From the NCBI RefSeq assembly GCF_006345805.1, contig NW_021835478.1, forward strand, positions 29,176 to 93,175: a stretch of 64,000 nt of DNA, written 5' to 3'. Numbering within the stretch: the stretch's first letter is position 1; each line of letters begins with the position of its first letter. This document shows, one piece after another, positions 34,164-45,479 of this stretch. The position numbers and the translations under genes are program-made. The notes under the pieces were generated by a model. That model did no database searches. It had not been told where the DNA came from and saw nothing but the letters and a program-made list of their open reading frames with translations. The stretch is from Octopus sinensis. Its lineage: Eukaryota.

Positions 34164-37100
34164 GAGAATTGGCCTTAACGACATCAAAGCCATAGTCTCT
34201 ATTTACAATAATTTTGTTGGAAAAAACCAAATTCTGTCTGTCTGGAAGAAATCACGCATTATTCCACTGACCAATCTTATACCGCCCAATCTCTATTTTT
34301 TTGCACACTAGATAAAATACTTGAGATTATTTCCCGACAGAAGACAATCAAACACACATTCCAAGCTATCTCTCTTTGATTCTGACCTTCCGCTGTTCAA
34401 GCACCCAACTGTTCTCGGACTTATCTTTGATGCAACCATGTCTTTCAACAAACATGTTTCGAACATCTCAGACAAAACAAACAGGCGTACAAACATTGTA
34501 AAAGCAACAAGTGATCGGTGCCTGGGAACTACTTTGATCCCCCTGTCTATCTACAAGCTTTACCGAGGGACTCTAATTCGCTATTGGGATCCGCTCAAAA
34601 CCAGGAGCGTTGTTTTTTCAGGTATTTATAAACAGAACAGAAATTTTTATTGTAAAAAAACAAGAGACTGGGACAGAAATTTTTTGACACCGATAAAACG
34701 AGACGACTACTTGAGGCAGTCGAACTCTTCTGAGGAAACGTCTATTTGCTGTCTGGAGCAAGTTGGGCGGTTACTGATTCCGATCGATAAATAGGTCGGT
34801 CACTTGAAATTGTTTCCGGAAAGACCGAATAGATATCTCAATGACCTGTCGAATCTCTGGGGACCTGGTCTCCGTACAGATTAGGACAGGGCCTCGTGAG
34901 TCAAGCCTGTAAGCTAGCTTCACAACGTAGCGCCGGATTTTTTCGCATTTCCTATTAATTTTCTCAAGATCTTTCGAGTAGTACCACGCTTCCATCTCGT
35001 ACAGCTAGCTGGGTAGGATGGTTGCGTGGGGACGAAGAGGAAAGTCCCTAGGTCCAGATACATGCTTCTTAGGAGACAGAGAGCTGCGATGGCTTTCGCT
35101 CTCTTTTTCTTGACATGCAGACAGTAACCCGAGTTAGAGTCAATTGTAAGCCCCAGGTAGCGTATCGAGTTGAGGCGGTTAATTTCAGCTAGGGGCTCTA
35201 ATCTGGTGAATTTTTCGAGTTGATTTGCGAGTAAGCTGATTTGTCAATTGCTAACGAGAGCCGCTTGCTGGTGAACCACTTCTTTATCACCTCAATGTAG
35301 TGGAAAGCCTTCTTTCTGAGGTCTTTGCATCCTTTGAGGTGTCAACGACGAGGACGTAATCTGCATATAAAAGCATGTATGTCCAGGCGTAGGGGGCAAA
35401 GGAAAACTGTTCATTAACAAATTGAGGAAAAGTGGACTGAGGGAGGACCTTTGCGGCACTCCCTGAGGAGTTTGATGTTCAGGTATTTATCGCATCAATT
35501 GTTTCTTTTATAGTGATTCCATCATATTTATTTGACAAGTATTTCATGGAGTCTTCCAGGCGCATTTCTATCCCTTCAACAGTATCCACAGATACTACAT
35601 ATCGTGGGTCAAGCTCTTGGACCTTTTCTAACTGTTCCCGAAATAAAGAAGGGACATACTCATGTTTTAAAGAAATCTCATTCCCTTTGGAATCCCTATC
35701 ATTTAGACCAGTGTAGGCATCCAGTTTAGATTCTTTTTAGTTCACTTCAAATATTCGTTCCTCCAAGATTTATTCTTCTCTTCTTTAGCTTTTGTAATAA
35801 TGATCTCTTGAATATTATAAATTCTGATTCTGAGGTCATGACGATCCAAAGCATCCACAGATCTTCGTAATTTTCTGTATAATCTTTGTTTTTTTCTCAA
35901 TTTGTAGATCTCTTCAATTTAAGCGTCCTTTTAAGGATAACCTTCCGCAAATACGTTTCAAGGAAAACCAAAATTAGGTTCCTGAGATCCAAATCACTTT
36001 TTCTAAACGTTCTATTTATTTAATTGGTTCGATTTTCTTCATATCAAGCTCCATGCGATGTATATTTGGAAAAGAGCTCAGTCTGTTATATCTAACGAAA
36101 AAATATTTTTCAAAGTGATTTCTGAATTAAAAACATAATGATGTAGGTATATGATCACTCGCAATTTCGTTCTCAAGATTGGTGGTTTCGCAATATTGGA
36201 TTAGCGATGCAGAGACAAGGTTGACTCTAAGCAATAAAATCCATGCCGTAATAATGGTTCGGAACTGGCGACGTTAGAATATAAAATCCATAATCTTCAG
36301 AAAGTTTTAGGTTGTGCTTTTAAAGCAACGTGTTTGGAATTACCATCCCGTAATTATTCCATTTGAAGAAATTCCGAATGATTTTTGAATATCTCCTGAA
36401 TTTTCGAAAACATGGCCTCAATAGTGACCCATCCAATTTTTAACTCGAAATTGACAAGTGTAATTTTACTCGATCGGACATTCATGTCACCGAATTGATT
36501 AGGCATAATATATTTGCAATTTTGATTGGTAGTGTGGGATACGGGGAATGGCCAGTAACAACGACGTGATTTGTCCAAACGCGTTTATTTCAATCAAATT
36601 CTCTACTTATACGAATAAATTCTTCAATTTAGTTCCCAACTGAGTAAAATTGAAGAATTTGTTGGGACTCGTTGTCAATTGCACCACCAGCATAAGCTTC
36701 ACTCACGTGATTAAAAACTGTCCTGTCTGTGAAAACGGAGTCAATTCAGGTACTTCTCATCTAAAGATTTTAGGCCACCTTATTTCGAAGTGTCTGTGAC
36801 GTTGGTTAATAACCCATTTCAGTTTTACTGTGATGAATTGGCAATGGTATACCGAACTGTGAGTGTCTATTGCATTTTGTTATTTCATCAAACAAATGAT
36901 GTTATATTAGACACTCATATACTGTAGATAGAGCCACAGTGATTCTCGAGCGAAATTCTGTCAGGTTATTGAGGATTATAGTGCAGTCAATGATTGACTT
37001 GTTTAAAGAGATATGTAGACAGAGTCCTTCCCAGTAAGACACCATGTTGACTCCCATAATTCTCAAATAATGGTGAGAGACACGTAAAGAAGAATATTGC

Positions 37101-37570
37101 ATTGTCTTGGGCATCTCGACTAAAAAGTGTAACTGCTTACTCAGTCTGTAGATTTTGTAATTCCACTCAGTTAGTCAAATTACACAGTTCCAAAAACTGC
37201 ACTGTCCTCATAAATTAATGTGAGTGAAATCGCGCAGGAAAAATCTGTTTGATGTCATTTTGCCCAATGTAGTTGACTTGTATATAATTCGACTGAAGAA
37301 TATTTTGCCATTCCAGACCTCATACGAGATAGTTCGTATTTCGCGAAAAAGTTACTGGGTGTGTCCATCGATTTGCATTATCAAATTTAATAATTCATTT
37401 AATTAAAAATATTATTTGAATGATAACCTGATTCCAATTAAATATACAATTGAGGTTTGACTGATGAGTTTAAAATGCCTGCGCTTTAATCAGGACCACG
37501 GTGTGAGGCTGACCCATAAATATTAAGAGTGTTTCATATGTGGGACAGAACACGGCCTTCGAATCTTCAA
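34113..37570 (+). repeat. Tandem segmental duplication, copy 2 (~3.46 kb)
   Basis: Junction ...GAATCTTC-AA-TATGGAAAAC with 2-bp AA microhomology; this copy runs into the intact WIPI3 gene. Confidence 0.95.
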
Positions 37571-38604
37571 CTGCGACCCTCTCCAAATCAAGGAAGTCAG
37601 ATGTAACATAATCCGTGTATTTCCCAGCCTTCCCAAACACAGGCATCAATTGCGTGGAAATGTTATTTCGGAGCAATTTGATCGCATTTTCCGGAGATGG
37701 AAACAACGAGTCCTTCCTCCCTTCGGCAGGTGTGACTTGAGTCTAATGTAGTGTACATTTGGGACGACATAAAGAGCAGTGTTGTCATCTCTGTGGAATT
37801 GGACAGACCCGTCCTCTCCATTCGTCTCACCCGGGATCGGTAGCCTCCCCGCGATATTGCAGAATTATTGTGGTTACTCGGACGCAGGTGACTGTCTATC
37901 CTTTCCAGTTCAGTCCAAAGCCGATCAAGAACTACATGACTAGTGACAATCCTCTGGGTGTGTTTCCTGGCTTATTCCAGGTTTGTGTGCTCTCCCTGCA
38001 ATACCATCTGGGGGGATGATGGCCATTCTCGGGAGGTCTGATGGAGAGGTGTGTCTCCTTAACCCTCCGTCCACCATCGCTCACTACATCCCTGCCCATC
38101 GAAATCCCATTGGGGCAATTGCTCTCAACAGGGATGGAATGCTCCTCGCTACAGCCTCAGTGAAAGGGACATTGATAAGAATCTACGACGCCCTCAACTG
38201 TGTCCTCATCTATGAGTGTAGAAGAGGTCACAATGCTGCAACAATTTTCTGGTCAGTCCCCCTTGTGATCCTCCAGTGTCAATTTTAGCAGGAATTCGGA
38301 AATGCTGTGTTCTACAAGCGATCACGGGACTGTCCACGTGTTCATGCTCCCCAAGACTGGGCGAAATAAGCAGTTGTTTGTTTATTACTATTTCCTTAGA
38401 AAGCACTTCAAATCAATTCACAGTTTTGCCAGACATTCAATTTCACACGCAATGTCTATTTGTGCATTCGGTGACTCGGCAGATTGTGTTATTGGTCTGA
38501 TCCTTTCTCTATTGGTAGTGCTCACATCCGAGGGGACTTACCATAAAGTAGAGTTCGATCAAAACGGCAAAACAAATGAGCTCGTTTTGGATAACTTTCA
38601 ATAG
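37464..38604 (+). CDS. WDR45B: PROPPIN WIPI3/WIPI4-type autophagy protein
   Basis: FNQDH.CF.CG.E.G.RIFNCDP; [32 protein letters not shown]; CRRG; SDHGTVHVF. Confidence 0.85.
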
Positions 38605-38867
38605 GATTTTTACTAATTTTATTGTTTTTCCACGCTTTATAGAACAATTAATTTTTTAACCACACCAAAATGGTCTTTACACAGGGAGATTCAAAAATGA
38701 AAAAAGACATTCTATGTTCATCCAGACCCAGTTTTTTTAGATGTTTCACTCGGAATACTTGGTTTCGAAAAGATACACTACAAACCTATGTCTCTGGCTA
38801 GTTTCGACCTACGAGCGTCTCCCTCACTGTCAATTGCATTGTCACATCACAAAAATTAACACTCAAA

Positions 38868-40465
38868 CTAATCAAAGTAATCCTCAATGTCAATGTCCGA
38901 ACTGAGCAGTTCATCTCCAAAGCATGACAAGTCCAACTGGTCGAGAATCAAATTTTCGAATGTCTCTGCCAAATCCGTGTTCCCAACAAGAATTGCCCCG
39001 ACCATTTTGCCATCCGAAAGAACAGCCTGCCACTAACCCATCGAACAGAACCTTGATGTACTCAACTCCCTTCTTCACACGCAAATGGACTACCGACCCT
39101 TCCAGTCCTTGTCCATTGAACAGTCCCAACAAAATGACCTTAACCCTGGTCAGGTAAAAACAACGTTAAAGCCGAAAAAAACGGTCTTATGCCAGAAAAC
39201 CTCGAATAGCATATCAGTCCTCTGCACACAAAGATCAAAGCTCTCAAGAACAGACTGAGCAGCCACAAGTCCCATGTCTCGAGCCTGATTCCAAGTGCGG
39301 ATCTGAAGCCAGAGTGCCGAGTCAGTCCAAACTGCAGAGGCGCAGTCTCCAGCCGCATATATGAGTGGGTCGCTCGTCCTCATTGAACGCCCTACAGCCA
39401 GGCCACCCTCATGCAGGTCAGGGGGATCCACAAATAGTCCTTCAAGAGAGGGCTCCACTCCAACAGCGCAAATCAGCAGGTCACACTCCACGGATTCCCC
39501 ATCCGTAAAAATAGCCCTTCTCCGTTGTCCAGAGGAGACCAAATCGTGCAGTTCTGAGCAGAATTTGACGTTTATTTCCCCGTCCTATTTGAGGACATTT
39601 GTCCTAACTCTATCGAGACTGCCACTCAAGTCGGTCTGCCACTGAGCCCCCATTGCGCATCCAAACTCATTCTCCACCGAATCAAGTCTCACAGAAGGTT
39701 TCCGACATTCGGAATAAATATCTTGCAGTTTGAGACGTGGACTGAGAGACTCGAGCAAGAATTGCGAGGCACCCTCGTCGAGAAATCGACTGTTGATGTG
39801 GTCATGTCGGATAGACCAAACGACATCACAATTGGTGACAGTGTGACTGTGCATTCAAATAGGGCAACAACACTAATTCGGACGCAATTCCTCCATTTCC
39901 GAGAACGACGATTTTCGTTGCCTCGACTATCCGCTTTTGTAACTCCTTGGACACTCAGTGTTACAGAAACCTCACAGGTGGTGAGATCTCTCAAATATAC
40001 CACAGACGACGGACAAGACACACAGACCTTCTAAAAGAATAGGGATAAACACAACTGCAGGGGCACAGCCAGTGCAAACACACAGTCGGCGATAACAGAG
40101 ACTTCCACTTTTTGCAGTGTCGACTGTCTGGGAATGAGGAAAGTAATCCACCCGTTCGTGTCGTCTAATTTTGGTCACTCTGTCCACAAGAATATTCCCC
40201 GAAAAAGACGTGTCATCAACTTGTGTGTGAGCAATGTCAAATTGGTGAGTTAATTTGGTTTGCTTAAATATTTCAACCGACAAACTTGTTTGATGTTGAT
40301 TACTTCTTTAACGACAGGAGACTGAGTTATCAGGAGGAAAGACAACTCGCGCTTACTTTGGGAGATCTGAAAACTTACTTAACAATTTACAGATTCAGCG
40401 ATGGTCGTGCCGGCAATTCCACCACCGATGATGATCAAGTCATACTCACGACACCCACACTGCAT
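38868..40465 (-). CDS. PYROXD1: Pyridine nucleotide-disulfide oxidoreductase domain protein 1
   Basis: IIIGGGIAG; IYAAGDC; [14 protein letters not shown]; [10 protein letters not shown]; GVEYIKV; C-terminus DIEDYFD*. Confidence 0.9.
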
Positions 40466-40686
40466 GTCAATTTATTACAATTAACAATATAATCATTTTG
40501 AGTAAGTCCATTCCCGATAATAGGTAAAATAGTCTAATCTGATTCCTCAACAATCTTATGTGTCACTCCATTAGACACAACCTCATAGTTCGTCATCGAT
40601 GGAGAGTCTTCAATTACTAGTGAGAATGACTATCTTTGCGAGAAGAATTTGAAGAGTTTTTAAGTCGCTAAAGTTGTGGGCTAGAC

Positions 40687-40824
40687 CAGTGATTCTCATG
40701 TGTGCCCCCTAAGTTCTTATTTTATTTTGCGTACTTCAACCAATAAATTAAACTCAATTTTGATTTTTTAAGCAATAAATAATTGTTAATGTGCCCCCTG
40801 ATTAAAAAAGTTTGAAAATCACTG
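40687..40824. mobile_element. 138-bp hAT MITE
   Basis: TIR CAGTGATTCTCA / TGAAAATCACTG; 8-bp TSD GGCTAGAC / GGCTAGCC. Confidence 0.82.
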
Positions 40825-40858
40825 GGCTAGCCCATTGAATGAATCAAACGAACATTAA

Positions 40859-41490
40859 TTAGGACAAACAGGTGTCATTTGTGGGCTCGTATATTTCGTG
40901 GCGAAACAGCAGACCACCATCGTCGATGACTGGAGACACACTCCTCAGTCTTTCATACTCAAGAACAACTAACCTGCACGTGCTGATATCTGGAAAAAAT
41001 GTGTCACAATCAAAGTCTTGGAGAATTCTGGTCAAATATATTTTGCTGACAGCAAACTGGGAGAGACAGGCCTGGGGAGTAGACGTGACCACTGACCTCG
41101 TACACCTCCTGTCCTCCTATTGAGAAGATGGTGTCAATGGTGGGCAATGCTTGCAGATGGGAGAGGGCATTGCTGAGTGAAGAGAATCCAAGTGCTTGAT
41201 TACTGACAAAAGCGCCTCTGCTGAGTACTACGTTTAATCTGTTAGGAAGTGGTCGGTTCTTTTCAGGAATGGATTCCCACGTTTTGCGGCCCATTAAGAC
41301 AGCATTTTGCATTCCTGCTTATTAATACTATTCTAACCCTCTCGACTGGAGGATGTCACATCCTTGAAATACCTCAACTCTTTCCTTCCATATTTTAGCC
41401 AAATATTTACTTGGAAAACCAAGGAATTCGGCCCTTGTAGCCAATCCCGTTGTTGGTACATGCCGCCACAATGAGACAAAGATTCTTCAT
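40859..41490 (-). CDS. DHFR: Dihydrofolate reductase
   Basis: LIVAACTNNGIGYKGRIPW; ELRYF; NAVLMGRKTWESIPEKNRPLPNRLNVVLS; IGGQEVY; DCDTFFP; introns of 26, 23 and 25 nt. Confidence 0.96.
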
Positions 41491-41567
41491 TATTTAAATA
41501 AATCAATTTAATGTTATTAATAAAAAAACCAAATATCTATAATTAATCTATAAAATTAAGCTAATAA

Positions 41568-43055
41568 TTAATGTTCGGTCCTCGCATTTTCAGTTTGGTT
41601 TGGATCTGAATGTCCTGGACTATTCAAATCAATGTGATCAAAATTGGTGACATCAACTTGGGGACCTTCAATTTGTCTGGAAGTATCACTTTTGGGGACG
41701 TTTTGATAACTTCGGAAATAATCTGCTGATGATAAATAAGCCTCACGGTTCCTTTGGACACAGTATTGGCATTGTGTGCTATTACATAGGCATCTAAAAG
41801 TGAGTTATAAGTCTTACGGATAAACAGACTGTCTCCAGTACTGAGACATTAGACCAGGATAGTGGTGTGGTTGTGCAAATCTGTTCAGTGGCTGGCCTAA
41901 TTGCCTCTGGAAACGTGGGTTTACAGGATTCTCAAACTCGTATGGGTATTCCTGTGCGTAGGGATGTTCTCTGACCCGTTGATATCTCGGAATAACATTC
42001 GGGATATATTCGTGGGGCGGATAGTACATTGTGGATGTATATGGCACAAAAATACGACTTTGGTAGTGTTGGTCGTAATTGTGTACTGTTGAGGGATTGT
42101 CCAAATAATCCCCACTTTGGGCTGGCACGACATTCTGGGGTATCCACGTGGCAGGAAAATCGTGAGGATACACATTCGAGAGGACGGGAGTTTCTGACTC
42201 GTAGTCCGGATAAGGTACATTTACTGAGGGATAGGCCACGTTCTCCTCGGATTGTTCATTCCAAGATTCTGACCATTGCTGAGGATTCTGCGGCTGCTGA
42301 CCAGAAAATGGTCTGTACACTCTTGGTTGTTGTATAAGATAGATCGGTTCTTGAGGATAGGGTATATTCCGATTTTGCAAAATACGATTTCTCACTCCAG
42401 CTTCGGTTTGATGTCGGTACCGTCTGGATAAAGGGAGACCGAATCGCACATGAGATGGCACTGCCCTATTTCGTCGTTGTCTGGACAAAGGTCTCTCCTC
42501 ACGTTCATTTTGTGCAGGTGCCACATTTTCCGTATCTATTGACTCAACTTGTCTATTCTCCAATGTTGGTTCGACGTTTGGTCGGGATGACTGAATTGGC
42601 TCATTTCGAACTCTTCTCGAGGATCTAACCCCAGTCCTTCTATCTCGAGTACGGGCACGTGGCTGATCATAAAATAATTAAACACGACTTATACCCAGGA
42701 TAAAAACTTGTACGCAAACCTTAAGTGTTTGATTTTGCGTAATTCGTTGGTCTGATATTTTGTCCGGATTGCTCTGCACAATTTGTCAACGTTCATTCTA
42801 GCGTTGTTTGTTTCTTCTCCCCACAAAAAGGCCACGTGTGCGGGGTTGCATATTAAAAATTCGCGTCTCTTTTTGTTGATCCATTTGATCCACGGGTTTT
42901 CTGTCTTTAACAAACGTCGCAAAAATGCCAATAAAAGCGTACGGCTTCGAAATACCCCTAAATTATTTTGGACAGAAAAAAACACGTTTTTGTGGAGGCC
43001 ATGAAGAACTGTCGTCTTGGGAGTCACTGTTTGAGCTGGTGCTTGTTGACATCAT
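41568..43055 (-). CDS. Divergent ETS-domain transcription factor
   Basis: LLAFLRRLL...IKW...NPAHVAFLWG...MNVDKLCRAIRTKY...LRFAYKF; introns of 28, 32, 24 and 21 nt join it in frame to a Q/P/Y/N-rich region and a C-terminal exon. Confidence 0.85.
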
Positions 43056-44254
43056 GAATTTAGGAACTTTTGGATAACGGAATTGTACTTTTTTATGTTT
43101 CAATAATTTTTTGGAAACTACTATTTCTATAAATAAGAAAAAGTAACGTCATTATGGAAGTTACTACAGGAAATGTAATTATTTCTAAACTCAGAACTTT
43201 TGCTTCAGTGAGACTTATTCTCTGATTTTACATACTTCAAAAGACATTTTTAATTCTTCATTTAAGAGATCTCACTCTCTTTGCCAGGTACAGTAAGACT
43301 AAATCCTAACAAAACTTCCGCCATTGGGCACCTTCTGTTTTTCGGGACGATTTTATTTTAGTACATAATTTCCAGATTTGGAAATTAAAATATTTATGAA
43401 AATATGGATAAGGTACAAAAACAACAATAATTAATTGTTGCTGGGGACCATGTGCGTATATTAAAATAACAGACAGAATCTGGATTCTGTAAGAAAAATT
43501 AGTTTAAGATATCAATTGCGGGAAAGAAGTCCTAGCAGAATAATAACTGAAGTAATATATCAGGAAACTAAGATCTAGTCAAGAGTTGCAAGTTTAATAA
43601 TGGAATTGGCACATAAAACAAAACAATGAGATCAGAAACGTACAAAATGACAAATATGTCAGAATACATCTTTAAGACACTTCAAAAATATTATAAGTTC
43701 AGATTAAACAAATTAAAAAAATGAAATTGATTTATTATTTCAAAAAAATGTTTGACAAATAATGAGTTTTTACTAATCTATCAAACTATAAACTCTATAG
43801 TATAGAGCAGGGTTTCTCAGTTTTTAACGTCGCGGTAAAATCGTTGATTAAACATTATCTATGGGGCCGCAAAATAAATTAATTGAAAACTTTCATTAAT
43901 TTTTAACTAATTTTTAATTAATTTGTCATAACACGGAATATAGGAGGCACATGTAGATCGAACAGCAGACATAAGTGATTATCAGTCAATTTATTTCGGT
44001 ATTTATTTTTTATGTGAATTATTTTACTGAAAATTGACTCACAATCGGTCTAAACATTAAAGCATGTTTATAAGCATTTATAAGTATTTCTTTGGGAAAT
44101 GAACTATAAAATTTCATCAAATTTTCAATATTTAGCACTAGGGTAAATTCCATATTTGATTGAAGGTCTATCAATTTTAATTAAAATGATGGCGGAGCAT
44201 TCTCAGAATATAAAATTTTTATTGATGGCAAAGTTTTATCAAAATACTTAAAAT

Positions 44255-44810
44255 TTTTTTTCAGATCAAACAACAAAGTAAATAACTACAAGTTAATTAA
44301 TAAAAGCTTCATGGGCGGGAAGCCGACGCGATCGAGAAAGAATTAGAGCGTACTATCGCGAGGGATATCTGCTCGAAAAACCATCTTGATTCGCGGGCGT
44401 CGCCTGTGATAGCAGACATGCGGGACCCGATCTCCTGAACGAAGCTGATTGCCTTACTGCCCAAGGAACCGGAAGTCTCAACCGCGAATGAAAGGAATTG
44501 GAACTTCTCCATAAGTGAGGAGTACTTTCGCATCTTTTTGCATTCCGCGGTTGTGACAATCGATCCAGGGGCGGATGCGGACATCAGCAGGTTCTGAGGC
44601 GAGAAAGAGTCCACGCACGTGGCATCCCAGGTAAGAGGCTTCCCCCTGTTGAAGGGAAACACAGTGATCCCGTCAGGCCTTTTTCCGTCCCCCCGATCGA
44701 TCCCAGAGGGTTCAAGCAGAGAGGGGATTCCGGCCACTTCCAGGGCTCTCCTGATAAGGTCGTTAAGAGCCGCGTGACGCGGGATGCGACCAGCACTGCG
44801 TCTATTCATA
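44255..44810 (-). mobile_element. 5'-truncated CRE-like retrotransposon
   Basis: SAGRIPRHAALND...KRPDG...WDATC...KKMRKY...VETSG...LAIVRSN, followed by 3' UTR and a short A tract. Confidence 0.88.
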
Positions 44811-45479
44811 ATTTAACGAAGCTAAATGAAAGGTTAGATGTACCAAAAAGAAAAATCAGGAATTTTCTACTGGTTTAAATATTGAGACTGATTTTAAATG
44901 ACGTCTTTAATATATTGAGTTTTTTCTTGACTCTCCGAGATATAAATCGTACTTATTGGAGTGCTTCTTATAATGACTTTCAACAGTAATATTTTTCAAT
45001 AAATTAATGACGCAGTTACATATCAAACAAACTGTTTTACCACATTGCTCAACAAAAAAACTTTTCTTCCCATTCTATTTGAAATTCCCTAGACACTTAA
45101 TTTTATGGTGTCGGCGTCAACTGAAATGGTCCAACACTTTTTTGGAATGCGGAAAACTGTAATAAAGATTTCGCGGTCTACGTTGATCGTCACAAACGAC
45201 TCCTTCCTATTGTTTCTGCACTCGATTAGTCATTTATGACTGTTTTTGTGCCTGAGTTGCCACTATGGTGTGTAACGTGGGGGTTATGAAGAAAAAATAA
45301 TAAATACCTCTTTATCCCGTTTGCACAATATGAAAAAACCGTTGGGACTAGAAATAACGGTCGGTGTTCAGAGTATAGAATCTATATTATAAATAACCCA
45401 GGATAAAGATGCTAACTTTATATTAAAAAAGACTTTAAAAAATTGTACCGAAAAAAACAGCTGGTATAGGGAGAGATCC

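Noticed and set aside
43809-43870. CAGGGTTTCTCA...GGGCCGC resembling a hAT left end
   Set aside because: No partner TIR or TSD found; too little to call an element.
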